In this document: piece after piece, positions 47,769 to 57,628 of the stretch
Numbering within the stretch: the stretch's first letter is position 1
How the letters are laid out: each line of letters begins with the position of its first letter
Assembly (NCBI GenBank): GCA_944389585.1
Contig: CALXMW010000001.1
Location: 7,748-71,747, forward strand
Direction of reading: 5' to 3'
DNA length: 64,000 nt
DNA from: an uncultured Kiritimatiellota bacterium
GTDB taxonomy: Bacteria; Verrucomicrobiota; Kiritimatiellia; RFP12; DVOR01
Position numbers and translations under genes: made by a program
The notes under the pieces: generated by a model
Databases searched by the model: none
Told to the model about the DNA's origin: nothing
What the model saw: only the letters and a program-made list of their open reading frames with translations

Positions 47769-49871
47769 ATGGCCGCGCCCCGCACCCGCCTGTTGGACGA
47801 CCCCTGGCTCGCCCCCTACGCGGACGTCATCGAGCACCGCGCCGAACGCGCGCGCCTCCTTGCCGCCCGCCTGACAGGCGGCGCGCACGGGGCCAAAGCC
47901 CTCGCCGACTTCGCCAGCGCCCACGAATACTACGGCCTCCACCGCACCAAGGACGGCTGGGTCTTCCGCGAATGGGCCCCCCACGCCACCGGAATCTGGC
48001 TCGTCGGCGACTTCAACGGCTGGGAGCGCTCCCTCGCCTACCGCGCCGAACGCATCCCCGGCCGCGACGTCTTCGAATGGCGCGGCCCCGCCGATGCCAT
48101 GGCCCACGGCCAATTCTACCACCTCGAGGTCTGCTGGGACGGCGGCCGCGGCGAACGCATCCCCGCCTACGTCCGCCGCGCCGTGCAAGACCCCAAGACC
48201 GGCCTCTTCGCCGCCCAAGTCTGGGACCCCAAGCCCTACGCCTGGCGGCACGACTTCCGCCGCGACCCCGAGCAGGCCCCCCTCATCTACGAAGCCCACG
48301 TCGGCATGGCCCAAGAGCGCGAAGGCATCGGCACCTACGCCGAATTCGCCGAAACCATCCTCCCGCGCATCAAGAAAGCCGGCTACAACACGCTCCAGCT
48401 CATGGGTATCATGGAGCACCCCTACTACGGCAGCTTCGGCTACCACGTCTCCAACTTCTTCGCCGCCAGCTCCCGCTTCGGCACCCCCGAAGACCTCAAG
48501 GCCCTCGTCGACAAAGCCCACGGCATGGGCCTGGCCGTCATCATGGACATCGTCCACTCCCACGCCGTCAAGAACGAGCGCGACGGCCTCTCCCTCTTCG
48601 ACGGCACCCCCTACCAATACTTCCACGACGGCTCCCGCGGCTGGCACGACGCCTGGGACTCGCGCTGCTTCGACTACGGCAAGACCGACGTCCTCCACTT
48701 CCTCCTCTCCAACTGCCGCTTCTGGCTCGACGAATACCGCTTCGACGGCTTCCGCTTCGACGGCGTCACCTCCATGCTCTACCTCCACCACGGCCTCGGC
48801 GTGGACTTCTCCAACTACGGCATGTACTTCGACAGCTCCGTCGACGAAGACGCCTGCACCTACCTCACCCTCGCCAACACCGTCATCCACACCGTCCGCC
48901 CAGACGCCCTCACCATCGCCGAAGACGTCAGCGGCATGCCCGGCATCGGCGCCCCCCCCAACGAAAGCGGCATCGGCTTCGACTACCGCATGGCCATGGG
49001 CGTGCCCGAATGCTGGTTCAAGCTCGTGCGCGACATCCGCGACGAAGACTGGTCCGTCGGCTTCCTCTGGCACGAGCTCACCAACCGCCGCGCCGACGAA
49101 CGCACCGTCAGCTACGTCGAATCCCACGACCAAGCCCTCGTCGGCGGAAAGTCCTTCATCTTCCAGATGATCGACAAAGAGATGTACTTCTCCATGCACG
49201 TGGGCTCCGACAACCTCTACGTCAACCGCGGCATCGCCCTCCACAAAATGGCCCGCCTCGCCACCCTCGGCTGCTGCTGCGCCTACCTCAACTTCATGGG
49301 CAACGAGTTCGGCCACCCCGAATGGATCGACTTCCCCCGCGAAGGCAACAACAACAGCTACCACCACGCCCGGCGCCAATGGTCCCTCCGCGACGACCCC
49401 AAGCTCTACTTCAAGGCCCTCGGCGACTTCGACGAGGCCATGATGCGCCTCATCAACCAATCCGGCGTCCTCGACCAAGCCACCTACCCCAAGCGCGTCT
49501 TCGCCAGCGACGACGACAAGATCCTCGCCTTCATGCGCGGCGACCTCCTCTTCGTCTTCAACTTCCACGGCGAGCACTCCTTCGCCGACTACCCCATCAT
49601 CGTCCCCCCCGGCCAATACCGCCTCGCCCTCGACACCGACGCCAAGCCCTTCGGCGGCTTCGGACGCCTCCAAGAAGGCCAGGACTACCCCCTCGCCACC
49701 ATCGAGCGCGCCAACGAAGTCTGCTTCGCCATCCACGTCTACGCCCCCGCCCGCACCGCCCTCGTCATCCGCCGCACCCCGCCCGCGCCAGGCGCCGCCC
49801 TCCCCCCCGAGACGCTCCACCGCCTCGCCGCGCGCACCCCCGCCCCCGACGACGAAGCCCGCCCCCAATAA
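47769..49871 (+). CDS. glgB: 1,4-alpha-glucan branching enzyme
   Basis: 700 aa; GH13 blocks DIVHSH, GFRFDGVTSMLY, ESHDQ. Confidence 0.95.
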   Translation: MAAPRTRLLDDPWLAPYADVIEHRAERARLLAARLTGGAHGAKALADFASAHEYYGLHRTKDGWVFREWAPHATGIWLVGDFNGWERSLAYRAERIPGRDVFEWRGPADAMAHGQFYHLEVCWDGGRGERIPAYVRRAVQDPKTGLFAAQVWDPKPYAWRHDFRRDPEQAPLIYEAHVGMAQEREGIGTYAEFAETILPRIKKAGYNTLQLMGIMEHPYYGSFGYHVSNFFAASSRFGTPEDLKALVDKAHGMGLAVIMDIVHSHAVKNERDGLSLFDGTPYQYFHDGSRGWHDAWDSRCFDYGKTDVLHFLLSNCRFWLDEYRFDGFRFDGVTSMLYLHHGLGVDFSNYGMYFDSSVDEDACTYLTLANTVIHTVRPDALTIAEDVSGMPGIGAPPNESGIGFDYRMAMGVPECWFKLVRDIRDEDWSVGFLWHELTNRRADERTVSYVESHDQALVGGKSFIFQMIDKEMYFSMHVGSDNLYVNRGIALHKMARLATLGCCCAYLNFMGNEFGHPEWIDFPREGNNNSYHHARRQWSLRDDPKLYFKALGDFDEAMMRLINQSGVLDQATYPKRVFASDDDKILAFMRGDLLFVFNFHGEHSFADYPIIVPPGQYRLALDTDAKPFGGFGRLQEGQDYPLATIERANEVCFAIHVYAPARTALVIRRTPPAPGAALPPETLHRLAARTPAPDDEARPQ

Positions 49872-49881
49872 GGATTCCCTC

Positions 49882-50568
49882 ATGGTCACCGCCATCATCC
49901 TCGCCTCCGGCAAAGGCACCCGCATGGGCGCCGGCCTCGACAAATGCTTCCTCTCCCTCGGCCCCCGCCCCGTCGTCGCCTGGTCCCTCCTCGCCTTCGA
50001 GAAATGCAAGGAAGTCGACCACATCATCCTCACCGTCCGCAAAGACCAGCTCGCCGCCGCGCGCGGCCTCCAAACCATGTTCGGCATCAGCAAGCTGGGC
50101 AAGATCGTCGTCGGCGGCGCGCGCCGCCAAGACTCCGTCGCCGCCGCGCTCAAGGAAATCGACCCCTTCGACGTCCGCTACATCATCGTCCACGACGCCG
50201 CACGCCCCTGCATCACCCCCGAGCTCATCCGCGAGACCCTCAAATACGCCAAACGCTTCGGCAGCGGCATCGCCGCCCACCCCGTCACCGACACCGTCAA
50301 AGTCGCCGGCAAAGGCCTCGCCGTCGAAGCCACCCCCGACCGCGACACCCTCTGGGCCGTCCAAACCCCCCAAGCCTTCGCCGCCGACAAGCTCATCGCC
50401 GCCTACGACAAGCTCGCCGGCGACAAAACGCGCACCTTCACCGACGACGCCGCCGTCTACGAGGCCGCCGGCGAGCCCACCCGCCTCGTCCGGTGGGACG
50501 AGCCCAACCCCAAGATCACCACCCCCATCGACCTCACCGTCGCCGCCGCCATCCTCCGCCTCAACTGA
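49882..50568 (+). CDS. ispD: 2-C-methyl-D-erythritol 4-phosphate cytidylyltransferase
   Basis: 228 aa; AIILASGKGTRMG, VHDAARP. Confidence 0.9.
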   Translation: MVTAIILASGKGTRMGAGLDKCFLSLGPRPVVAWSLLAFEKCKEVDHIILTVRKDQLAAARGLQTMFGISKLGKIVVGGARRQDSVAAALKEIDPFDVRYIIVHDAARPCITPELIRETLKYAKRFGSGIAAHPVTDTVKVAGKGLAVEATPDRDTLWAVQTPQAFAADKLIAAYDKLAGDKTRTFTDDAAVYEAAGEPTRLVRWDEPNPKITTPIDLTVAAAILRLN

Positions 50569-50571
50569 CCT

Positions 50572-51330
50572 ATGCCACGCGCCAAACGCTACGCCGTCAT
50601 CAGCGACATCCACGCCAACATCGAGGCCCTCGAGGCCGTCCTCGACGACGCCAAGGCCCAAGGCGTCGACGACGTCGTCTGCCTCGGCGACGTCGTCGGC
50701 TACAACGCCGCCCCCGCCGAATGCATCCGCCGCATCCGAGACCTCGGCTGCAAGGTCGTCAAAGGCAACCACGACCACTACTGCTCCGACCCCAACGTCA
50801 ACCTCGACGACTTCCAGCCCAACGCCGCCAGCGTCATCGAATGGACCCGCCGCAACATCAGCGAGGACGACACCCGCTGGCTCCACGACTTGCCCCTCAC
50901 CGCCGTCGTCTCCGGCTTCACCCTCGTCCACGCCAACCTCGACACCCCCGGCCACTTCCGCTACACATTCAACGACGACGACGCCGCCGCCAACTTCGCC
51001 ACCCAGGCCACCAAAGTCTGCTTCCACGGCCACACCCACGTCCCCTGCATCTTCCTGCGCGACAACGCCACCCTCCGAATCGCCAAGCTCGCCCCCACCG
51101 ACGGCATCCTCGAAAAAGGCAAAGGCCTCTACTTCATCAACGTCGGCTCCGTCGGCCAGCCCCGCGACGGCATCCCCAAGGCCTGCTACGCCATCTTCAC
51201 CATGGAAGGCCTCACCAAACTCTCCATCCAATTCCGCCGCGTCGACTACGACATCGAGGCCGCCGTCCGCCGCATCGAGCTCGCCGGCCTCCCAGACCGC
51301 CTCATCACCCGCCTCTACACCGGCCAATAA
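50572..51330 (+). CDS. metallophosphoesterase (calcineurin-like, YfcE-type)
   Basis: 252 aa; ISDIHAN, GDVVGY, GNHD, GHTH motifs. Confidence 0.8.
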   Translation: MPRAKRYAVISDIHANIEALEAVLDDAKAQGVDDVVCLGDVVGYNAAPAECIRRIRDLGCKVVKGNHDHYCSDPNVNLDDFQPNAASVIEWTRRNISEDDTRWLHDLPLTAVVSGFTLVHANLDTPGHFRYTFNDDDAAANFATQATKVCFHGHTHVPCIFLRDNATLRIAKLAPTDGILEKGKGLYFINVGSVGQPRDGIPKACYAIFTMEGLTKLSIQFRRVDYDIEAAVRRIELAGLPDRLITRLYTGQ

Positions 51331-51421
51331 ACCGGCGCGGACGCGCGGGAGCCCGGAAGCCCGGAGGCCGGCACCCTTGGCACGACAGAAACAGAGACCC
51401 AAACCGCGGGCCGGCCAGGCC

Positions 51422-51859
51422 ATGGCCGAGCTCGTCGTCGCGCTCATCTGCCTGCTCATCCTCGTCCTCGGCGCCACCACCCTCGCCCAACTCGCCCACC
51501 GAGGCCTCCGCCTCCGCCACGACGTCCGCCTCGAGGCCGGGCGCGAAGCCCTCGCCCGCGCCACCCACGGCTGGGTCAACCCCATCCAAGCCCCCGAGAC
51601 CCGCTCCGACCCCTTCCACCAAATCAACGCCCACACCCGCCTCGAGGCCTACGCCCCCGCCCTCGTCAGCCGCCTCCCCGCCGGCAACTACACCCTCGCC
51701 GCCCGCGACCTCCCCCTGGCCGAGCTCGGCCTCAAGGCCGCCGAGCGCGAGGAGCGCGTCCCCCTCGGCAACGCCTTCATCTCCCTCATCTACCGCAAAC
51801 CCACCGTCCTCCTCCGCCAAGAAGCCGTCTTCCCCGCCGCCACCGGCCTCTGGGACTGA
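51422..51859 (+). CDS. hypothetical small protein with N-terminal hydrophobic helix
   Basis: 145 aa; MAELVVALICLLILVLG; no RBS; start uncertain. Confidence 0.45.
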   Translation: MAELVVALICLLILVLGATTLAQLAHRGLRLRHDVRLEAGREALARATHGWVNPIQAPETRSDPFHQINAHTRLEAYAPALVSRLPAGNYTLAARDLPLAELGLKAAEREERVPLGNAFISLIYRKPTVLLRQEAVFPAATGLWD

Positions 51860-51863
51860 ACCC

Positions 51864-52346
51864 ATGCGCGCCCGTCCCCCCCTGCTCACCTGGCCCTTCC
51901 GCGCCTGTTTCTCCGCGCGGTGGATTGCCTTTGTGCCCATCCTGGCGCTGACGGCAATCGGGGTGTTCGGATTCATCCTTAGCCGCCTGGCCGTAATCGC
52001 GTGGGGCGTGGGACCTCGCCATTGGCTTGCCGAATTGGCCGAGCACCTCGGCGTTCTCGCGTTTTGCGCCTTCTTGTTCGGTGTGCCATACTTCGGGCTC
52101 CTAATGTTGGTTGGCGGCTGTTGGTCTGCCACGGGCAAGCGGAAGCGCCCGGGCGGCTGGGCGGTCGCCATCCTCGGGCCATCGGCCGCCGCCCTGCTCT
52201 GGATTGTCGGTCTCTGGGTCTGTCTTCTCGCCTCAATCTTCTGCAAGGCCATCATCGAAGAACGCCAGCTTTCCAAACCCGCCGTGCAACCCCAAGGAGG
52301 AACACCGCCATGCCGCGCTTCGTGCACTTCAACTTCAATGTCCTAG
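51864..52346 (+). CDS. hypothetical small integral membrane protein
   Basis: 160 aa; 3-4 TM helices; 3' end overlaps the downstream glyoxalase gene by 37 nt. Confidence 0.45.
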   Translation: MRARPPLLTWPFRACFSARWIAFVPILALTAIGVFGFILSRLAVIAWGVGPRHWLAELAEHLGVLAFCAFLFGVPYFGLLMLVGGCWSATGKRKRPGGWAVAILGPSAAALLWIVGLWVCLLASIFCKAIIEERQLSKPAVQPQGGTPPCRASCTSTSMS

Positions 52347-52678
52347 ACCTCGACAAGAGCCTCGCCTTCTACAAAGAGGCCCTCGGCCTGAAGCAATGCC
52401 GCCAGATCGACGCCAAGGACGGCGCCTTCAAGATCGTCTACCTCACCGACGGCCAGAGCGACTTCCAGCTCGAGCTCACCTGGCTCCGCGACCGCGCCGA
52501 GCCTTACGACCTCGGCGACGAGGAGTTCCACCTCGCCCTCCGCGCCGAGGACTACGACGCCCTTCACGCCAAGCACGCCGCCATGGGCTGCATCTGCTTC
52601 GAGAACCCCGAGATGGGCATCTACTTCATCAAAGACCCCGACGGCTACTGGATCGAGATCCTCCCCACCCGCCGCTGA
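52310..52678 (+). CDS. VOC-family protein (glyoxalase I-like)
   Basis: 122 aa; RBS aaggagg; HFNFNVLDLDKSLAFY...HLAL glyoxalase fold. Confidence 0.75.
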   Translation: MPRFVHFNFNVLDLDKSLAFYKEALGLKQCRQIDAKDGAFKIVYLTDGQSDFQLELTWLRDRAEPYDLGDEEFHLALRAEDYDALHAKHAAMGCICFENPEMGIYFIKDPDGYWIEILPTRR

Positions 52679-52752
52679 CCGCCCCCAGGCGGCCGCGCGG
52701 AAGCGGGTAAAGTCGGGGCGTTTGTGCTATCCTTGCGGGAAAAGGAGCGACA

Positions 52753-53217
52753 ATGGCGGAAATCATTCTGGATTGCGCGGGGGTGCGCCTGCCCACGGGG
52801 CTGACGCGCGCGGCGCTCGCGCGGGCGGCGGGGCGCTGCGCGGCGGCGGCGGAGCGTCTGGCGCGGCCGGGCGCGCCGTGGCGCGAAATCACCCTCCACG
52901 TCACGCACGACGCGGCGAACCGCAAGATGAACCGCCGCATCCTGGGCCATGACTACCCCACCGATGTCATCACCCAGCGCTATGAGCCCTTCCCCTTCGA
53001 GCCGCCGGGCCTGGTGGCCGAGCTCTTCGTGAACGTCGACGAGGCGCGGCGCAACGCCGAGCGCCTAAGGCGCACCTCGTGGGCCGAGGAGCTCGTGCTC
53101 TACGTGGCCCACGGCTGCGACCATCTGACGGGGGCGGACGACGCGACGCCGGAAGGGCGGCGGGCCATGCGCCGCCGCGACCTGCGCTGGATGCGCGCCG
53201 CGCTCAAAGAGGGATGA
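52753..53217 (+). CDS. ybeY: rRNA maturation endoribonuclease YbeY
   Basis: 154 aa; metal-binding motif HGCDHLTGADD. Confidence 0.75.
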   Translation: MAEIILDCAGVRLPTGLTRAALARAAGRCAAAAERLARPGAPWREITLHVTHDAANRKMNRRILGHDYPTDVITQRYEPFPFEPPGLVAELFVNVDEARRNAERLRRTSWAEELVLYVAHGCDHLTGADDATPEGRRAMRRRDLRWMRAALKEG

Positions 53218-55123
53218 CCGTCTCCTCGATGGAGGAACGCGCCAGGGTGATGCCGTGGGCCTTGCAAAAGGCCTTGATGTCAGCCAACCGCGCGGGGCCG
53301 ATGGCGGGCGTGGTGACGATGATGCGCGTGGGCTGAAGCTCGGCCAAGCGCTCGGCGGTGAGGGCCTCGAGCGGGCCGATGATGGGCAGGTCGCGGAAGA
53401 TGCGCCCGCGGAGGCCGGGATTGTCGTCGAGGATGCCGATGAGCGCGACGGCGTTGCGCGTGACGTTGATCTCAAAGAGGGTGATGTAGGCGCGCAGGTT
53501 CACGCCCGCGCCGTAGAACAGGACGCGGGGGATGGCGGGCGTGGTGAGCGAGCGCCGGCAGAGGCGCGCGTTCTCGTTGGCGGCCAGCCACTGGAGAAAA
53601 CCCGTCTTGGCCAAACGCGAGCCAAGCAACAGGATGGGCAACGCCGCCGCCCAGACGATGTGGACCTCGGCCAAAGGCTCGGCCAAATCGCGCACCAGAT
53701 AGGCCAGCGCCAGGTGCGAGACCAGCGAGCCGAAGGCCACGGCGAAGAGGATCAGGAAGGAATCCTTGCGCGTGGAGCGGCCCCAGATGCGCGTGTACGC
53801 GCGCACCGCCACCAGGCAAATCAGCACGGGCACCGTCCAGGCCAGGAAGAAGTTCGCCAGGCGCGGCCAGACATAGCCCGGGAGCACGTCGCGGAAAAGC
53901 CACAGGACGGCCGCGTAAAGCGCCGCCATGGAAAAGAGGTCGCACGCCAGATACAGGATGGCGGTGATGGAACGGCGGCCGCACCGGGCGCCGGGACGGG
54001 CCAAGAGGCGCCCCGCGTCCCACAGCTCCACGGCGGTCATCGCGCGGACGATGACGACGGCGCAGGCGCCGAAGCCGATGATGAAGACCGTCGCCTTGGC
54101 CTCGCGCAAGGCCAGCGTGGCGAAGGCCACCGCCAGCAACGCCACGGCCAAGGCGTAAAGCCCCAGCACGGCGCGGCGTTGGTTGCCGCGCGCCAAGGAG
54201 AGGAAACGGTGGTGGATGTGGTCGCGGTCGGCCGTCATGACGGCCGAGGAATGCGCCCCCTTGCCCAACCCCTCGGCCGCGGGCTCGGCACGGCGCAGAA
54301 TGCGGCGGAGCGTGCGGCGCAGGATGGCCAGGCACGTGTCGATGAGCGGCACGCCCAGGCAAAGGACGGGAACGACGACCGAAACCAGGAAAGCATCGCT
54401 GCGGCGCGAGACCAACGCCGTCGTCGCCAGCGTCAACCCCACGAAAAGACTCCCCGAATCGCCCAAAAAGACCGAGGCCGGGTTGTAGTTATACCGCAAA
54501 AAGCCCAGCAACGCGCCCACGAAGACCGCCGAGACGACCGGCGTCATCCCCGGCGTGACGAAGAAGGACGCGCCGACCATCCCCACCGTGGCGATGATGG
54601 CCAGCCCCGAGGAGAGCCCGTCGAGCCCGTCGATCAAATTGAAGGCATTCACGACGCCGATGTACCAGCACAGCGTGAGCGGCACGTAGACCCACGCCGA
54701 CTGCCCCCACGCCCCCCACGCCACCGGGAGCGTCAGCCGCGCGCCCGCCCAGCAGAGCAGCGCCGCCGCGACGACCTGCGCCCCAAGCTTGAGGATGGGC
54801 GGCACGCCAAACCGGTCGTCCACGAACCCCACCCCCACCAAGAGCAGCGAGGCCGCCGCGAAGGCCGGGAAGATCGGCGCGAAGGCCGAGGCCCCCAGCA
54901 CCCCCGGCCACAGCGCCCACCCCACCGCGAGCGCGCCGTAAAAGGCCGCCACCACCCCGATGCCGCCGCCGCGCGGGATCGGCACGCGGTTGATGCGCCG
55001 CGCGTCGGGCTGGTCGACGGCGCCGATGCGGCGCATGAACCACCGCGCCAGCGGCGTCAGGACCAGCGAAAAGGCCAAAGCCACGGCGCCCAACACGGCG
55101 CATTGCCACAGACGTTCCATCAC
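53204..55123 (-). CDS. MraY/WecA-family polyprenyl-phosphate glycosyl-1-phosphate transferase fused to extra TM and C-terminal domain
   Basis: 639 aa; N-terminal GT4 motifs (VVNAFNLIDGLDGL, D...LGDSGS); C-terminal nucleotide-binding-like segment. Confidence 0.75.
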   Translation of the reverse strand: MMERLWQCAVLGAVALAFSLVLTPLARWFMRRIGAVDQPDARRINRVPIPRGGGIGVVAAFYGALAVGWALWPGVLGASAFAPIFPAFAAASLLLVGVGFVDDRFGVPPILKLGAQVVAAALLCWAGARLTLPVAWGAWGQSAWVYVPLTLCWYIGVVNAFNLIDGLDGLSSGLAIIATVGMVGASFFVTPGMTPVVSAVFVGALLGFLRYNYNPASVFLGDSGSLFVGLTLATTALVSRRSDAFLVSVVVPVLCLGVPLIDTCLAILRRTLRRILRRAEPAAEGLGKGAHSSAVMTADRDHIHHRFLSLARGNQRRAVLGLYALAVALLAVAFATLALREAKATVFIIGFGACAVVIVRAMTAVELWDAGRLLARPGARCGRRSITAILYLACDLFSMAALYAAVLWLFRDVLPGYVWPRLANFFLAWTVPVLICLVAVRAYTRIWGRSTRKDSFLILFAVAFGSLVSHLALAYLVRDLAEPLAEVHIVWAAALPILLLGSRLAKTGFLQWLAANENARLCRRSLTTPAIPRVLFYGAGVNLRAYITLFEINVTRNAVALIGILDDNPGLRGRIFRDLPIIGPLEALTAERLAELQPTRIIVTTPAIGPARLADIKAFCKAHGITLARSSIEETVIPL

Positions 55124-56208
55124 ACAGCCTCCAGTATCGAGACGGCTTCATCCATCAACTCGGGCGACAGACCACGCCCGGAGGGAAGACACAGACCCCG
55201 CGCGAACAATTCCTCGCCCACGCCGCCAAGCACGGCCGGCGCGCCGCGGAAGACCGGCTGCAGGTGCATCGGCTTCCACAGCGGGCGCGCCTCCAGCCCC
55301 GCGGCGGCGAGGGCCTCGACGGCGCGGAGCGGGTCGCGGCCCTCGAGGGTGACGACGGTCAGCCAATGGTTCGGCTCGCCATAAGGCGCCACGGGCATGG
55401 GCTTGGCCCACGCCGGCAGGCGCGAGAGCCACCCCGCCCACACGCGGCCCTTGTCGCGCAGCGCGTCGCCCAAATGGCGGAACTGCGCCAAGGCGATGGC
55501 CGCGGGGACGTTGCCCAGGCGCCCGTGCGTGCCCAGGCGTTCGTGCTCATACCACGGCACGGGCTCGCGGGCCTGCCCGGCGAGCTTGCGGCAAAGGGTC
55601 AACAGGCCGGGGTCGTCGGAAAGGAGCAGGCCGCCGCCGCCGGCGGTGATGATTTTGTTGCCGTTGAGGGAGTGGACGGCGGCCCAGGCGCCCTTGCCGG
55701 CGGCGCGGCCGCGGTAGGTGGCGCCGAGGGATTCGGCGGCGTCGACGATGAGGTAGACGCCGCGGGCGGCGCAGAGGTCGATGAGCGCGTCCAGGTCGCA
55801 GGATTGGCCGTAAAGGTCGGTGGCGACGAGGGCGCGGGCGCGGGGGTGTTCCTCGAGGGCGCGCGCCGCAAGCGCCACGTCCATGCACCAGGTGGCCGGG
55901 TCGGCGTCGACAAAGACGGGTGTCGCGCCGCGGTCGACGAAGGGGGCGACGGAGGCGATGAAGGTGAGGTCGCTGACGACGACCTCGTCTCCGGGGCGGA
56001 TACCGAGGGCGCGGGCGAGAAGCTCCAGGGCCATCGTGCCGGAGACGGTGGCGAGCGCGCCGCCGAAGCCGAGGCGGGCCGCGGCCTCGCGCTCAAGGGC
56101 GTCGACCATGGGCCCGCAGGGGGCAATGTAGTTGGAATCGAGGGCCGCCGCGACGAGGTCGCGCTCGTCGTTCCCGTTCAGGAAGGGCGGTGAGAGGAAG
56201 GCTCTCAT
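55120..56208 (-). CDS. DegT/DnrJ/EryC1/StrS-family PLP-dependent sugar aminotransferase
   Basis: 362 aa from MRAFLSPP; PLP-lysine region (...SLNGNKIIT...). Confidence 0.85.
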   Translation of the reverse strand: MRAFLSPPFLNGNDERDLVAAALDSNYIAPCGPMVDALEREAAARLGFGGALATVSGTMALELLARALGIRPGDEVVVSDLTFIASVAPFVDRGATPVFVDADPATWCMDVALAARALEEHPRARALVATDLYGQSCDLDALIDLCAARGVYLIVDAAESLGATYRGRAAGKGAWAAVHSLNGNKIITAGGGGLLLSDDPGLLTLCRKLAGQAREPVPWYEHERLGTHGRLGNVPAAIALAQFRHLGDALRDKGRVWAGWLSRLPAWAKPMPVAPYGEPNHWLTVVTLEGRDPLRAVEALAAAGLEARPLWKPMHLQPVFRGAPAVLGGVGEELFARGLCLPSGRGLSPELMDEAVSILEAV

Positions 56209-57002
56209 TTGGCGGGCACCGGGGCGACGGGAGGTTTGCGGAAGGAGTAGAAGAGGATGCCGAGCCACTCCTTGGCGTAGTAGGCGAGGCGGCCGGCGGG
56301 CTCGGGGCCGGGCAGCATCGTCCAAATGGCGGGGCGCTGCTCCTGGGCCCGGGCGACGGCGAGGGTGCTTTCGTAGTCGCACCCGACGGGGACGACCTCG
56401 ACGCCCGGGATCTGGAAGAGCATCATGGCGCGGGGCATATGCCAGGCGGAGGTGACCAGGAGGATGCGCTTGCACCCGCGCGCCCGGAGGATGGCGACGG
56501 TCTTGGTGGCGTTGGTGGCGGTGTCGATCGCCTCGTCCTCGCAGACGATGGAGGAGCACGGCACGCCGAGCGCCTCGAGGAGCGGCTTCTCGGCCTGGGG
56601 CGCACCGGTGCCGGTGGGGATGATGAGCGGGGCCTTGCCGGCGCGGAAGAGGCGCGCGGCCATGATCGCGCGGTCGGCGCTCCAGTAAAGCTCAGGATAG
56701 GGGACGGCCTCGGAGGCGGCGCCGACGCCGCCGCCAAGCACCACGATGGCGTCCGCGCTCGGGATGGCCTCCAACGGCGTGGGCGGGAACTTGCGCTCCA
56801 GCGAATAGCCCACCGCCGTCGAGACGGCCGGCAGCCCGAGCGCGAAGAGGAAGGCGGCCACCGCGAGCACGCACACGGCGGGCTTGGCCTGCTTGCGGAA
56901 GAGAAGCCACACCGCCACCGCCAGCAACGCCAGCATCGCCAGCGTGTAGGGCATGCACAGCCAGGTGGCCCACTTGAAGAAGACATACGCGAAGGGAACC
57001 AT
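56205..57002 (-). CDS. DUF218/YdcF-family protein (ElyC/SanA-like)
   Basis: 265 aa from MVPFAY; RBS aaggag; two N-terminal TM then DUF218-like domain (AIVVLGGG...). Confidence 0.7.
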   Translation of the reverse strand: MVPFAYVFFKWATWLCMPYTLAMLALLAVAVWLLFRKQAKPAVCVLAVAAFLFALGLPAVSTAVGYSLERKFPPTPLEAIPSADAIVVLGGGVGAASEAVPYPELYWSADRAIMAARLFRAGKAPLIIPTGTGAPQAEKPLLEALGVPCSSIVCEDEAIDTATNATKTVAILRARGCKRILLVTSAWHMPRAMMLFQIPGVEVVPVGCDYESTLAVARAQEQRPAIWTMLPGPEPAGRLAYYAKEWLGILFYSFRKPPVAPVPAK

Positions 57003-57628
57003 CAGACACTCCTTTCCTGAAGCCGGTGCAGGAGCACCGCCAGGCTCACGGCCAAATCCTCGCGTTGCACCAGCACCTCGTCGGGCACCTCCAGGCGCGC
57101 GGGGGTGAAGTTCCAGATGGCGCGGATGCCGCCGGCCACCATCTGCTCGGCCACGCGCTGGGCGCGCTCGGCAGGCACCGTCAGGATGCCCAGCGGCACG
57201 CCCAGGCGCATGACCATCTCGGTAATCGCGCCCGCAGGGAAGACGGGCGTGCCGGAGAGGACGAGGTTGCACCGCTCCGGCGCCGCATCGAAGGCCGCCA
57301 CAATCCGCAACCCCTGCTTCCGGAAGCCCGGATAGCCCAGGAGCGCCGACCCCAGGCGCCCCACCCCGGCGAGCACCGCGGTCTGCTCGGAGGCCGCGCC
57401 CGTGAGCCGCTCAAGCTCCGCGACGAGCTCGGCGATGGGAAAGCCCACGCGCGGCGTGCCGCGCACGCCCGTCCGCGCCAAGTCCTTGCGCACGAGGATG
57501 GGGTCCAGCCCCAGCGCGGCGGCGAGCACAGCGCCCGAGGCGTGCCCGCGCCCCTCCCGCTCCCATTCGCGCAGGACGCGCAGGTAGAGCGGCAGACGGT
57601 GCAGGGCCTTGGTGCCGAACGCGGCCAT
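57002..57628 (-). CDS. rex: redox-sensing transcriptional repressor Rex
   Basis: 208 aa from MAAFGTKALHRLPLYLRVL; Rossmann motif GVGRLGSAL; 1-nt overlaps at both ends. Confidence 0.8.
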   Translation of the reverse strand: MAAFGTKALHRLPLYLRVLREWEREGRGHASGAVLAAALGLDPILVRKDLARTGVRGTPRVGFPIAELVAELERLTGAASEQTAVLAGVGRLGSALLGYPGFRKQGLRIVAAFDAAPERCNLVLSGTPVFPAGAITEMVMRLGVPLGILTVPAERAQRVAEQMVAGGIRAIWNFTPARLEVPDEVLVQREDLAVSLAVLLHRLQERSV